DNA of 64,000 nt from a virus. Its lineage: Duplodnaviria > Heunggongvirae > Uroviricota > Caudoviricetes. Below the pieces are notes generated by a model. It had not been told where the DNA came from and searched no databases. It saw only the letters and a program-made list of their open reading frames with translations. The DNA lies in IMG/VR virus record IMGVR_UViG_3300005683_000050, positions 85,669 to 149,668 of that record; one strand, written 5' to 3'. The stretch's first letter is position 1. Each line of letters begins with the position of its first letter. Of this stretch, positions 29,260 to 39,177 are shown in pieces. The translations under genes were made by a program, and so were the position numbers.

Positions 29260-29872
29260 TTGCAGCCCCTATTCCAGCTAGTCTATCGCACTCTTCATTC
29301 ATTGGATTTCCATTATGCCCACGCACCCATACTGGAATGATTGTTTTCCCCCGCATTGCAAAATCCATAGATTGCAACTCTTTGGCGTTCACAATTGGCT
29401 TTCCCTTTTTCGCCCACCTCATACGTTTGTACTCAGACATATTAAGAATTGCCGAGACACAATACATCGAGTCTGTGAATAAGTACGCCTTGCCCCATTC
29501 TGGAACTAGTCCGATTGCGGCAATGCAGGACGCAATTTCCATCTTGTTGTTAGTTGTATCTAAAGCTCCGCCGTTTACAGATATAAATGAATCACCAAAG
29601 ATAGATATAGCGGCGTATCCACCTCGACCGTCCGCATAATTCCCAGACCCGTCCGCGAACAATACCCTCTCCCCGCTATTTACTAAGGATGTATAGTCAA
29701 CATCGCTATCTGAAAGAAATTGTCCCGTATTCATATACGCCATCGCTTCGTCTTTTGAGATAAACGATTTGAACATAGCACTTGGGAATCCGTAAACTTG
29801 GTGCTTGGCTTCTTCCCAACTATCGTAAATGCCTGGAACTTTCCCGTTCTTAACTGCGTATACCTTTCCCAT
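29249..29872 (-). CDS. RNase H (type I) with N-terminal extension
   Basis: FADGSGNYADGRGGYAAI and VWVRGHNGNPMNEECDRLAG catalytic motifs. Confidence 0.7.
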   Translation of the reverse strand: MGKVYAVKNGKVPGIYDSWEEAKHQVYGFPSAMFKSFISKDEAMAYMNTGQFLSDSDVDYTSLVNSGERVLFADGSGNYADGRGGYAAISIFGDSFISVNGGALDTTNNKMEIASCIAAIGLVPEWGKAYLFTDSMYCVSAILNMSEYKRMRWAKKGKPIVNAKELQSMDFAMRGKTIIPVWVRGHNGNPMNEECDRLAGIGAANVK

Positions 29873-30371
29873 CTATCTTCATCCTGTGACGGACATCTCC
29901 TGGCTTAATCATTGTCAGCTTGTCGTCCCGACCATTTCTTGTATACACGTTGTACAATGCATGGTAAGGACTTTTCACATAACTCATTTTATTTTTAATA
30001 GAATTTATGAATCTGATAATCTCAGAGCGTTCGACCACGACGAATTCACCGTCTGCGCTTTCAAATGCGATGAAATCGGCATGTCCACCAAACAACCACC
30101 CACGAGTATTGTTTACTCCACGCAACTCTATCCAAAGATTGTTTGTGTACGCTCCGCCGCGCGCAACCCGCTTGCGAGCCTTGACATCTACGGAAAATGT
30201 TTGTCCATCTTTAGATATAAAACAGTCTATGTGTTTTTTGTAGTCCTCTTCACGTGTGGAGTTACGCACCTCCCACCCACAGACCGACGCCATATTTTTG
30301 AATCTAACAAATGCGTCTTGTCCCATCTTGCTAGAGTTATTAGAATCGTATGGGCTAATGTACCCGTTCAT
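29850..30371 (-). CDS. hypothetical protein 173 aa (possible PD-(D/E)xK fold)
   Basis: IDCFISKDGQTFSVDVKARKR resembles a D...D/ExK core. Confidence 0.3.
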   Translation of the reverse strand: MNGYISPYDSNNSSKMGQDAFVRFKNMASVCGWEVRNSTREEDYKKHIDCFISKDGQTFSVDVKARKRVARGGAYTNNLWIELRGVNNTRGWLFGGHADFIAFESADGEFVVVERSEIIRFINSIKNKMSYVKSPYHALYNVYTRNGRDDKLTMIKPGDVRHRMKIDGKGIRS

Positions 30372-30799
30372 ATTTTTGAGTACTGAGACACTGCGTCTTC
30401 ACAGGCAGTATGAATCGCCATCGGAAGATGTGTGTGTGTGGACGTTACGTTAATTGGAATTTCCTGTGTAATGTCAATCGGGAATGGAGTTCCGTTTGCC
30501 ATAATTGACACCGACCACTGTCCATCATAAAATTCAATCCGAATATCAGAAAATCTTCCGAGAATTCTCATTGTTGAAAGCAAATTTCGGTATGCAGTAG
30601 GCATATCGGAATCACTGTTCATCGGAAACAGGGCAGCTCTCTGATTTCTTATGTCATTACCAACAACATCTCGGAGTGACTGAAATAACCCAGACACGTC
30701 ATCTGGTGTTAATTCATTCCAATTGAGGTGTTCCTGATTTCTCATAACGCCAATTACAGCAGATACAATACTATCAATGTTTATCATAATTATCTCCAT
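30368..30799 (-). CDS. hypothetical protein 143 aa
   Basis: minus ORF. Confidence 0.3.
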   Translation of the reverse strand: MEIIMINIDSIVSAVIGVMRNQEHLNWNELTPDDVSGLFQSLRDVVGNDIRNQRAALFPMNSDSDMPTAYRNLLSTMRILGRFSDIRIEFYDGQWSVSIMANGTPFPIDITQEIPINVTSTHTHLPMAIHTACEDAVSQYSKI

Positions 30800-30986
30800 C
30801 CAGTAGCGATAACCAGCCTTTTGTCGAGTACACGCATCTATCTAATCCCCTACCCGCATCTCGTAACGCATTGCTCACCTGCTGGACGCTGTTTGGGTTT
30901 CACCCTCTGAGGTGCAAACGATTTCATCTCCCCCATTAGAGCAAAGGTGGGCTGAGTTTCCTCCATATAAATATGGCGCGTATATA

Positions 30987-31322
30987 CTACTGGACTAGCC
31001 ATCCAAAGTTATATCCGTATATACTGACCCCACTGATACGACTGAAGTGCATTCGCCTCATAGTGTCTACTCTAAAATCGCAAACAATAATTCTGTCGTT
31101 CAGTTCGACCACAACACCTTCATGCGCCCTATAAGACCCGCGCATCGTTGAGTCAATAATCGGCATTTGTCTCGCAACAACATCTCCGACCACGAGACTT
31201 TCGAGCCATGCGGTTCGAGATAAATCTGTTTTGGCGGGAATTGCTGGATTAGCGATTTCGCATTGTTTCATCTTTGCATTCAGAACAACATTCCTGTCCG
31301 CACAAAACAGGAATGTTGTCAA
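30987..31322 (-). CDS. hypothetical protein 111 aa
   Basis: minus ORF. Confidence 0.3.
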   Translation of the reverse strand: MTTFLFCADRNVVLNAKMKQCEIANPAIPAKTDLSRTAWLESLVVGDVVARQMPIIDSTMRGSYRAHEGVVVELNDRIIVCDFRVDTMRRMHFSRISGVSIYGYNFGWLVQ

Positions 31323-32533
31323 TCCTTGTAAGGGTCGTACTCGTTTCCAGCCATGAGGACAATGCGCGGATAAAGTGTTATTTCATTCTTCACGTACGTT
31401 GAGTGTGAATCCAAAACGTCTTGCAACTTTTGGTACACAAAAGGACTTTCGTCCGTTCCCCCTCCGAGCAGATAAACACCGTATTCGTTTAGCGCATCAT
31501 ACATCATGTTCCTTGAAATCTTTCCGCCAGAACGTTCTCTTGTCTTATAGTTAAGCTTCCCAGCTGCTTCTGTGCGAGACATGACACGCCCAGCACCATG
31601 CATCGCAGAGCGAAATGAATACAAGTAATCTTCCGTACTAACGCCGCGAATTACAGCAGACATGTCAGCCATGCTTCCTCCGACAACAGAACAAGATTCC
31701 GTATCGAGAGGCGTAGCTCCCTTGCGGATAACGATAACGTCATCTCCGAAATGCGATTCGCGCCACGCGAAGTTGTGGTGATTATGTACCGTAAACGTAA
31801 CGTTGCTCCCCAATTCATTTGCAATCGTATCCACTACCCAATTACGTCCAGCGTATGCATATTCGCCAGCTAAACTCATCGCATCCCAATACAGACTACC
31901 TAGTTCTGTGTTCGTTCGGTATGCCACTGGATAAATGCCCTCTTTTTCTCCAGACACTTTGTCGCTGAACCGCTTGCCCTCTCCCAAATTCAGAAATCCA
32001 CTTGCTACCGCATGTCCGAACCCACGCGAACCAAAGTGAGCCATAATCCAAAGGTATCCATCTTCGTCGGATAGAAAATCAACAAAGTGATTACCAGAGC
32101 CTACAGTTCCCAATTGCACCATTGCCTTTTGTTTCAATGGCGCAAAGAACTCATGTTTCCACAGCTCGTTATCGAATAGCGGAGACCACACTTCGGTATT
32201 GTTTTTCCTGCCAATACCGAATGAAACCACATTATCGTAAATATGTGCCGCAAATTTTGCGAGAAATCCATCTGGCAATTTATCTAATTGAACATCTGTG
32301 CGGCTTGCTCGAATACCACAGGCAATATCGTATCCAACCCAAGCGGGAACAACCATGTCTGGCTCTACCACAATAACACTACCGACTGGCGCGCTATATC
32401 CCTTGTGGTTGTCTGCCATCAAAGCAGCTCCGATTACGCCATTAACCTGAACGCAATTCTGAATCTGCTCGAAAGCACCGCTATCAACCCTACCAAACGT
32501 TGTTATCCCGTTAATTATTTTCATTGTTTTCAC
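31319..32533 (-). CDS. rtcB: RtcB RNA 3'-phosphate/2',3'-cyclic-phosphate ligase
   Basis: GSGNHF, HNHHNF and HGAGR metal/GTP-binding signatures; 404 aa. Confidence 0.85.
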   Translation of the reverse strand: MKTMKIINGITTFGRVDSGAFEQIQNCVQVNGVIGAALMADNHKGYSAPVGSVIVVEPDMVVPAWVGYDIACGIRASRTDVQLDKLPDGFLAKFAAHIYDNVVSFGIGRKNNTEVWSPLFDNELWKHEFFAPLKQKAMVQLGTVGSGNHFVDFLSDEDGYLWIMAHFGSRGFGHAVASGFLNLGEGKRFSDKVSGEKEGIYPVAYRTNTELGSLYWDAMSLAGEYAYAGRNWVVDTIANELGSNVTFTVHNHHNFAWRESHFGDDVIVIRKGATPLDTESCSVVGGSMADMSAVIRGVSTEDYLYSFRSAMHGAGRVMSRTEAAGKLNYKTRERSGGKISRNMMYDALNEYGVYLLGGGTDESPFVYQKLQDVLDSHSTYVKNEITLYPRIVLMAGNEYDPYKD

Positions 32534-32542
32534 TTGTTGCGA

Positions 32543-32570
32543 TTATATCATCAAATGGTCTATTTGTCAA
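32543..32570 (-). promoter_or_regulatory. sigma70-type promoter TTGACA-17-TATAAT
   Basis: directly upstream of rtcB. Confidence 0.6.
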
Positions 32571-32772
32571 TACCGCTATTTCGCTTTGGGAGTCTGTCTA
32601 CAATGCCATAATATACCCTAAGCAATGGGTTAGACATAACGACCCCAAATTTTTCAAGTCCATATACCGCGATGTATGTAATTCCTACAAGTAGCAATAA
32701 AACCAACGCTACGACTCCAGCAGCAATAACGACTCCAGCGAGACACTTCAATATAGCTAATAAGAAATACAT
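32560..32772 (-). CDS. small membrane protein 70 aa
   Basis: two TM helices. Confidence 0.3.
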   Translation of the reverse strand: MYFLLAILKCLAGVVIAAGVVALVLLLLVGITYIAVYGLEKFGVVMSNPLLRVYYGIVDRLPKRNSGIDK

Positions 32773-32816
32773 TCTAAAGATACTGAGGGGAGTATTTCAT
32801 CCCCTCAGTCCCCTTT

Positions 32817-33728
32817 CTATTTTTGCACTGGAACAATGCCGTTGTTATTCCCCAAGAACAAATTCAGGAGCTGGTCTGGTTGCAGAAAATACATCGTTGA
32901 CTTGTCTCCGAGAATGCCCTTGAGTAATTCCATCCTACGCAAATCGTATGCCGCCCGATTGGTCTGGTAAACATCGTATTGCGCCGCAATCTTTTTACCC
33001 TCACGGGACGCAATCTCAAGTTCTACGTTTGTTTTGGCTTGTTCGGCAAGCAACTGTTGCTTGGACACCTCTGCCGCTTGTTCTTGCTCAAGCTTCTGAT
33101 TGGAAGCTTGTTGCCGAATCAACGCCTGCCGTTGCAATTCAGCAGACGTTTTAGCTGTGTAGTCTGCTTTGTCTTGAAGAATTTTTAGGTAAGAATCGGA
33201 CGGAGAAACATCATTAACGACCACCGCTACAATATCCACTGGAAACGCTACATTTTCATTAAGCGTCTGCTCGATTGTAGACGCCATCTTGTTGCGGTCA
33301 TTCAGCAACTCTTCCATAGTGAACGTGCGCGCTCCGACTTTAATTCCCTGCGCCGCAACAGCTGATACAACCTTTGACAGCTCTTCGTTATTTGAAGCGA
33401 TAGTAACCCAGCTTGTCAAAAGCTGTTTGACTGAATCTGAATCACATTTTCGTTTGACCTGGATTGTAGCCTTAATGCCAACAACTTGTGTTTCTTTGGT
33501 CGCTACTGAAGGGTCGCTCACATCAACCGTTAATGTGTCACACGAGACCTGACGCAATTCGGCAAACATTCCCCAATCCGATTGAACGCCTGGCCCTACA
33601 ATGTTAGTAATGCGCCCACCGTCCATTTGTGCGGCGACTTCGTTACTTGCCACTGGCTCGTTAATATAACATGCTGTCATACTGAGAGCTGCAATAACTA
33701 CCAAAACAACAGCTAAAAACTTAAACAC
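32817..33728 (-). CDS. lipoprotein with SPFH/band-7-like core and C-terminal coiled coil
   Basis: signal peptide with lipobox ...ALSMTAC; Gln/Ala-rich coiled coil at the C-terminus. Confidence 0.4.
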   Translation of the reverse strand: MFKFLAVVLVVIAALSMTACYINEPVASNEVAAQMDGGRITNIVGPGVQSDWGMFAELRQVSCDTLTVDVSDPSVATKETQVVGIKATIQVKRKCDSDSVKQLLTSWVTIASNNEELSKVVSAVAAQGIKVGARTFTMEELLNDRNKMASTIEQTLNENVAFPVDIVAVVVNDVSPSDSYLKILQDKADYTAKTSAELQRQALIRQQASNQKLEQEQAAEVSKQQLLAEQAKTNVELEIASREGKKIAAQYDVYQTNRAAYDLRRMELLKGILGDKSTMYFLQPDQLLNLFLGNNNGIVPVQK

Positions 33729-33769
33729 TTGTCCCTCCTATGGGAATCATAATTTAATAACAGTATACA

Positions 33770-34537
33770 TCAACCCACTCTGTTTGTCAAGTGGGATACG
33801 CCAATCTTAGTTGAGTAACTATGTGGGGCGTTACATTTAGAGCAGTGGTATCCATTATGCCCCTTTTGACAAGCCCCAGTCCCGCGATAGTTTTTATAAT
33901 CTCCGTTTTGTGGACTTACGCCTACTGGCGCAACCATATTGTAACACTCTGGGCAAATGCACTTTGCCGATACATAGGTCTGTGCCTGCCTAATCTGTTT
34001 GCGAATTCTGGCAGTCCAATTCTTGTCACAAATAATTGAAATGAAAATATAGAATCCACTCGATATGATTTCTAAACTGTTTTGGGAGTAGTGTCTAAGT
34101 ATTTCACCAAATGCAGACAGAACCAATCTCAATGCGTCCTGATTATACGGCAAATTTTTTGTGTTCCACCATGTATCAGATTCTACGTCATATCCAACCG
34201 AGTCAACAATGTCAGTGATAATTTTACAGGCGGACATACATATAGAGCGTTCCCTATCCGACATTTTACTGGGGGGTACAGTCTGCCATATGGTTGCCAG
34301 ACTGTACCACAGAGAACTCTTGGACATCATTATCAGTTCCGCTATTTGATAAGGAGAAATGCCAGAGTAATTCTTTCCACTACTTATCATCATTTCCATG
34401 AACATTGCCTCACTCATCATTATCTGATGGTGGTCAACCCCACTCGGAACGGGTAATCCCTGCGAACGACACGCCAAACGCAATGCAGACAACTGCTGTG
34501 CGCTTGGAGTTTTCCATGTAAAATCTATTTCTTCCAT
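33770..34537 (-). CDS. hypothetical protein 255 aa with C-terminal Cys-rich region
   Basis: CICPECYN...CQKGHNGYHCSKCN. Confidence 0.35.
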   Translation of the reverse strand: MEEIDFTWKTPSAQQLSALRLACRSQGLPVPSGVDHHQIMMSEAMFMEMMISSGKNYSGISPYQIAELIMMSKSSLWYSLATIWQTVPPSKMSDRERSICMSACKIITDIVDSVGYDVESDTWWNTKNLPYNQDALRLVLSAFGEILRHYSQNSLEIISSGFYIFISIICDKNWTARIRKQIRQAQTYVSAKCICPECYNMVAPVGVSPQNGDYKNYRGTGACQKGHNGYHCSKCNAPHSYSTKIGVSHLTNRVG

Positions 34538-35553
34538 ATAAATAATGGCTCTTCCTTGTGACTTATGCTAGACTTATTTCCCCTGCCAAGCATCTTGCTA
34601 AGTCGCATATGATACACAGACGGCTCTCCGAACAATGCAGTGGCAATTTTCTTCGTGTCGTCAATAATCGGATTTCCCACATTAAGGGCGAAAAATCCGC
34701 CTTGCTTTAGGGCGAAATATGATTTTTCAATAAGCGGTCTTAGGAATCCATTCACCCACATCTCGTAGGTTTTGTATCTGACCCACGACTGAGTACTATC
34801 GTCAGCATATTTCTCTATATTGAAATATGGAGGCGATGTAAAAACCAAATCATAGTTGCATCCAACCGAAGAGTCTTCAAACGGAATCGCATCGAGTACT
34901 ACGCCAGTGTTCGCTCCAAGTCTGGTCATATACTCTGCCATCTCGCCATTATTTTCTTGAGTTTTTCTGTTTGCGTCTATGCCGTGATACGTGAGCAACT
35001 TATCGGTAGAAAGAGCTCCAAGCAGTCTTCCCCCGTAACCAGCGCAAGGGTCTAACACATTTCCATTTCTTGGAGCGAATGTGCTATAAACCCATTTCGC
35101 AACTGTTGGCCTAAAGTTTGAAACAGACTGTACCCCAAATGCCTTGAGAGACTTTCGCACGTTGTATGCAACCAACTTTGTGTCAGAGTATTTCACCCTT
35201 TTGCGAAGAGCTGTTCTAAAAAGGTCTCTGTCACTAAAGACCTCGTATGGTGTCTTTGCGTTATTGCAACGCACATGCCACATCTCAGGATGAAAACTGT
35301 TGGCAGTATTTAGCCCCAACATGAATTGTTGTAGAATGTTTCCGCCAATCAAAATCCTACTTGTGTCAAACTTTAGTAAAGACTCGAACTCTCGCTCTGC
35401 CTTTGAGTGGTCATAATAGGGGAATCCGTTTTGGTAGTAATAGTCTATAACTGTATCAATTGCGGAGCGAATAACTTCTTCTGGATATTCCCTTAGCGTT
35501 TTGCATGGGACTTTGATAACATCGTCATAGGAAAAATTATATGGCAAGTGCAT
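34525..35553 (-). CDS. DNA methyltransferase (N6-adenine/N4-cytosine class)
   Basis: DLVFTSPPYFNIEKY motif IV (SPPY). Confidence 0.65.
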   Translation of the reverse strand: MHLPYNFSYDDVIKVPCKTLREYPEEVIRSAIDTVIDYYYQNGFPYYDHSKAEREFESLLKFDTSRILIGGNILQQFMLGLNTANSFHPEMWHVRCNNAKTPYEVFSDRDLFRTALRKRVKYSDTKLVAYNVRKSLKAFGVQSVSNFRPTVAKWVYSTFAPRNGNVLDPCAGYGGRLLGALSTDKLLTYHGIDANRKTQENNGEMAEYMTRLGANTGVVLDAIPFEDSSVGCNYDLVFTSPPYFNIEKYADDSTQSWVRYKTYEMWVNGFLRPLIEKSYFALKQGGFFALNVGNPIIDDTKKIATALFGEPSVYHMRLSKMLGRGNKSSISHKEEPLFIWKK

Positions 35554-35740
35554 TTATGGCAGTCCTTACAGCGTAAATGTGGTACATTCCGCGAGAAAAT
35601 TGGTATCCCTTTGCTCCGTCTCGCGTAAGAATTATTCCACGAGACCTAAAATGCTCTAATAGCAACTCGGTGTCCGTATATACACCCAAAACAACAACCT
35701 TACCGTAATCATCCTCACAGACCACCCAAACGTATTCCAT
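35537..35740 (-). CDS. hypothetical protein 67 aa
   Basis: minus ORF. Confidence 0.25.
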   Translation of the reverse strand: MEYVWVVCEDDYGKVVVLGVYTDTELLLEHFRSRGIILTRDGAKGYQFSRGMYHIYAVRTAINALAI

Positions 35741-36086
35741 GTTTCACCATATCCCTCTTGATTGCGAGAGAGTCCCTGCGGCGACTCTTTGCGTTAAGTC
35801 CAAATCTGTCCCACAGCTCAGTGTATGTTGAAGATTCTCTGGCGTACTTCCGCAAAAGGTATCCGTTATACTTAATGCCATACATATTTTCAGTTCCGAC
35901 AATATGTATATTATCTCTTAGGATAAACAGAGAGTACTCAAGGCATTCGCCGTGCGAAAAATAAAAAGAGTGTTCATTCCTAGCCACGCAGAATATGCGA
36001 GTCCCCATGAACACCCTATGGTCACAACCTACACATCTCATTTTGGTTTTATGGTAATCCCATTCAAACTTAAATACACAGGGCAT
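35715..36086 (-). CDS. hypothetical Cys/His-containing protein 123 aa
   Basis: minus ORF. Confidence 0.3.
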   Translation of the reverse strand: MPCVFKFEWDYHKTKMRCVGCDHRVFMGTRIFCVARNEHSFYFSHGECLEYSLFILRDNIHIVGTENMYGIKYNGYLLRKYARESSTYTELWDRFGLNAKSRRRDSLAIKRDMVKHGIRLGGL

Positions 36087-36238
36087 TTCGCATATTTATC
36101 TAAAATAGAACCATCCGCGTTGTAATACCCCTTGTTGCTACGACTAATTTCGTATGAACCAAGAACTTTAACCCACGAGTGAACGCGATATATGCGTTTA
36201 TTATAGATTGCCAAATACCATTTGTTTGTATGATACAT
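36038..36238 (-). CDS. hypothetical protein 66 aa
   Basis: minus ORF. Confidence 0.25.
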   Translation of the reverse strand: MYHTNKWYLAIYNKRIYRVHSWVKVLGSYEISRSNKGYYNADGSILDKYAKCPVYLSLNGITIKPK

Positions 36239-36250
36239 AGTTTCACCCAG

Positions 36251-36322
36251 TACCGCGCAGGAGAATCGAACTCCCGTATCCAGATTGAAAGTCTAGTATG
36301 CTAACCACTGCATCAGCGCGGC
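36251..36322 (-). tRNA. tRNA-Glu(TTC)
   Basis: anticodon arm CTAGA-CTTTCAA-TCTGG; acceptor GCCGCGC/GCGCGGT. Confidence 0.7.
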
Positions 36323-36528
36323 GTTTCACGCAACCACGTTCACTGTCAATTCGACCCTGACGTACTCATTATTACCTACCATCACAAATCCTATGATGAT
36401 AAAGTAATTTGTCATAAACAACACGGTGGTGTTGTGTATGGTAGCAATGTTGTATATTTTTATTGAGTCGCCATTACTGATTATACCAACTCTTTTATCA
36501 GTGAATAGGTCGTTTACTTTTTTAGAGG

Positions 36529-36601
36529 TGGACACAACGAGACTCGAACTCGTAACTGCTCTGTGCGATAGAGCGATTTTCCCAATTAGAACTATGCGCC
36601 C
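36529..36601 (-). tRNA. tRNA-Ala(CGC)
   Basis: anticodon arm GCTCT-ATCGCAC-AGAGC; G3:U70 pair in acceptor GGGCGCA/TGTGTCC. Confidence 0.55.
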
Positions 36602-36943
36602 GCGCTCATTGTTTCGACAGTCTTATCTGTCATTAACCCAGCGATAAATGCTGCTAACAAAAGAATACCCCACCATCCAGTGTATAGGTATAATATCAAT
36701 AATGACCACTAGAATGTATGGAATCAATTCATTCAGCAGATTTTTTATACGATATTCATAAGGACTCATTGAATATCTCAGTGGAGTGTGCAAGCATTGA
36801 ACTTGTATCTTTGCCGTGCAAGGGCAATGTTCTCCCATTAAACTAACACCCCGATAAATTGCCTTTAATTCAGATTAATCAAATTATGCGTTAAAACAAA
36901 AATTACCATAAGTAGCAGGAACAAAATATAAAAAGCAATGGTG

Positions 36944-36972
36944 GGCATATTATTTTCGGTTTAACCAACCAC
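36944..36972. terminator. hairpin TTTTCGG-N12-CCGAAAA (candidate terminator)
   Basis: 7-bp stem embedded in A/T runs. Confidence 0.3.
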
Positions 36973-37056
36973 CGAAAAGGATTGTATTTCGCAGATTACT
37001 TGTGGGAATCTGACATAACCAACGCCTTTAATTTGAAACGATAGCGTTACGTTTAG

Positions 37057-37134
37057 TGGAGACTACGAGATTTGAACTCGCCTGAACATTCTCATTGCAA
37101 GTGAGACTACCACCCCTAGCAGTACCAGTCCCCA
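37057..37134 (-). tRNA. tRNA-Ala(TGC)
   Basis: anticodon arm TCTCA-CTTGCAA-TGAGA; G3:U70; T loop TTCAAAT. Confidence 0.6.
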
Positions 37135-37270
37135 TTCAATTTTAAGCAGATTTGAAACTGCCCGTTTATTTAGAGACGATTACGGTAACGTCCCGATGTG
37201 TACAGGCTAGGTCAGCTAATAGCGCAATGTATGAGCAGCCTTCGCCTGCCACATTTTAACTTCAAATCAG

Positions 37271-37343
37271 TATCCCCAATCGGACTCGAACCGATATATA
37301 CAACTTAGGAGGTTGTCGCTCTGTCCACTTGAGCTATGAGGAC
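37271..37343 (-). tRNA. tRNA-Arg(CCT)
   Basis: D arm GCTC-AAGTGGACA-GAGC; anticodon arm ACAAC-CTCCTAA-GTTGT. Confidence 0.65.
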
Positions 37344-37348
37344 AAGAT

Positions 37349-37368
37349 GACTGTCTGAATAGACAGTC
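37349..37368. repeat. CTGTCT-N4-AGACAG palindromic hairpin motif
   Basis: GACTGTCT-gaat-AGACAGTC, 5 nt 5' of tRNA-Arg. Confidence 0.6.
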
Positions 37369-37438
37369 GGGGCATGTGTTTGTATCGCGCCATACCCCAA
37401 TATCTGGATTCTGAGACATTGACATTTTGTTCTACTGT

Positions 37439-37467
37439 ATAGTATCACAAATTCAAAACTTTGTCAA
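37439..37467 (-). promoter_or_regulatory. sigma70-type promoter TTGACA-17-TACTAT
   Basis: TTGTGA precedes the -10; upstream of tRNA-Arg/Ala. Confidence 0.55.
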
Positions 37468-37804
37468 GTATAACTATTGACGACCCTCGTTGCGCTTAAA
37501 AACTGCGTAGGCAGACATGAAAACTTTATCTTTGCTTTTTTCTGGGTCTTCGATATTCTTCAAATACCAGTCCCCATTTGGAAACCGAGAGTTATATCTG
37601 TGGTGACTATAGTAAGACGTAAATCCAGCGTCGTGTTCGTAGAATTGAACTCCGCTACTTCGATGTCGCAAGAGCAAACTTCCGTCAGAATCTATCGCGT
37701 AGATTGTAATGTCCCCCTTGAACTCTCCACCGCCATTTTCGTACCAGACATAAATTGTGTTCACGTTTATTCTATCACACTCACATTTATTATTTATCGA
37801 GATA

Positions 37805-37945
37805 AAAAAACAGCTTTCGGTGGGCGAGTAATATCTAAGTATTACTTCTAAGGCAAGGCTGTTATAAGTGGGTTTATTACGTAATCATTTACCACTCCCC
37901 CTACACGCTACGGTGAGACTACTCACACCCCGAAAGCTGTTTTTA
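37805..37945. repeat. long-range inverted repeat (AAAAACAGCTTTCGG-GTG-GCGAGTA ... TACTCAC-ACC-CCGAAAGCTGTTTTT)
   Basis: imperfect 25-nt arms enclosing about 90 nt just 3' of tRNA-Gly. Confidence 0.35.
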
Positions 37946-37946
37946 G

Positions 37947-38019
37947 AGCATCAGACGAGACTTGAACTCGCGTTATTCTACTTGGCAAGCAGACGCTTTT
38001 CCAACTAAGCTACTGACGC
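37947..38019 (-). tRNA. tRNA-Gly(GCC)
   Basis: anticodon arm TCTGC-TTGCCAA-GTAGA; acceptor GCGTCAG/CTGATGC. Confidence 0.65.
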
Positions 38020-38026
38020 GAAATGG

Positions 38027-39037
38027 GTTGCAGACTACACCCAACAGTGTCCCCACAATCACTCAGTCCTGCTCTTCACAGTGTCCGAGTATGTCCACCC
38101 ACGAGTTACCACGTAGGTTTGAAGACTGTCGTCGTATTCCGAAACATACGCTAGTGCTTTGCGTATTGCATCGGTTTGTTTTTAAGGCGCATACCACGCC
38201 TAAACGTGCAGAGTATTTTCCGCATCCGTATTACCGAATATCCTGCGTTAGCTAGACGTAGAATAATCTGCAATCGTGACACGTAACGTCTGTTTGGGCA
38301 GAACGTTTCCCACTTAAGGGTGAGACGACTCTTTCTACTTTACACGCGCTGGGCATTTTCCATTTGCTGTTATAAACTAACATGCTTCATATGCTTGTGT
38401 TTATTTACCCTATCTCGATGTAGCCCAGCTAGTTTGGACACGACTTGTCGCCGCCCCTTAACTACACCGAATTGTTGTTGCTTAGTTCCGCAAAGAACCT
38501 CACAATTACGTAACTGCATCCCATTCTCTTTCGAGCTGCAAGGATTGTTACTTTCAAAACCGCCCGCTCCGCTAAGAGCTGACTTTGTTTCCCGTATGCA
38601 ATTTTATTGTGCTTGCGACACTCAGCATTTCTGCCTACATCACCTGTCGTCTTCAGCGTTGCCCCATACAGACTATTGACATAGAAAGCATACATTTGGA
38701 TAGTTGAACGTTTCCGTCGGACTCTTGGGTATAAGTCCTTTATGTCCCTTTCGGGACTTTATCTTTGTGACTATCGGCTACAATCTCCCCAGCTTTTCCA
38801 CTCGCACTTTCACCTTGCGGATTCAATGCGGTGTCGGTTTGCACTTACCCGAAACTGGCTCGACATTTGGAATGTGCGGAATCGAACCGCTTTACCATTC
38901 ATCCCACATTCATTTTTTAAGGTTGAGCGTAGGTTGTCAACGCCATTACGCATCCTTACGGATAGCTCCACTGCATACCTTTCGGTAGTTTCTTAGAGCC
39001 GTTGTCATCAGCCCCTTTCTCGTCGCTCAGTAAATAC
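38027..39037 (-). ncRNA. uncharacterised ~1 kb non-coding region transcribed from the promoter at 39038-39066
   Basis: no minus-strand ORF of at least 60 aa; plus-strand ORFs are Cys/Leu-rich artefacts; a strong consensus promoter points into it; contains a tRNA-like minihelix. Confidence 0.3.
38868..38912 (-). other. tRNA-like minihelix (acceptor stem + T arm only)
   Basis: GAATGT-GGGATGAATGGTAAA-GCGG-TTCGATT-CCGC-ACATTC-CA; canonical T loop but no D or anticodon arm. Confidence 0.3.
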
Positions 39038-39066
39038 ATTGTATCACAAATTTATTTATTTGTCAA
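39038..39066 (-). promoter_or_regulatory. sigma70-type promoter TTGACA-17-TACAAT
   Basis: TTGTGA extended -10. Confidence 0.6.
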
Positions 39067-39075
39067 TACGGTTTG

Positions 39076-39158
39076 TGCGCTAAGAGGGATTTGAACCCCC
39101 ACGTCCTTACGAACAACTGCTTTTGAGACAATCGCGGCTACCGTTACGCCATTAGCGC
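39076..39158 (-). tRNA. tRNA-Leu(CAA), type II
   Basis: anticodon loop CTCAAAA; long variable arm; acceptor GCGCTAA/TTAGCGC. Confidence 0.7.
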
Positions 39159-39177
39159 GCTTACTATTCCTTTTTTG

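Noticed and set aside
38868-38912. tmRNA (ssrA) tRNA-like domain
   Set aside because: The 5' acceptor strand lies only 14 nt upstream of the T arm, so there is no room for an mRNA-like domain or pseudoknots. It is more likely a minihelix or decayed tRNA.
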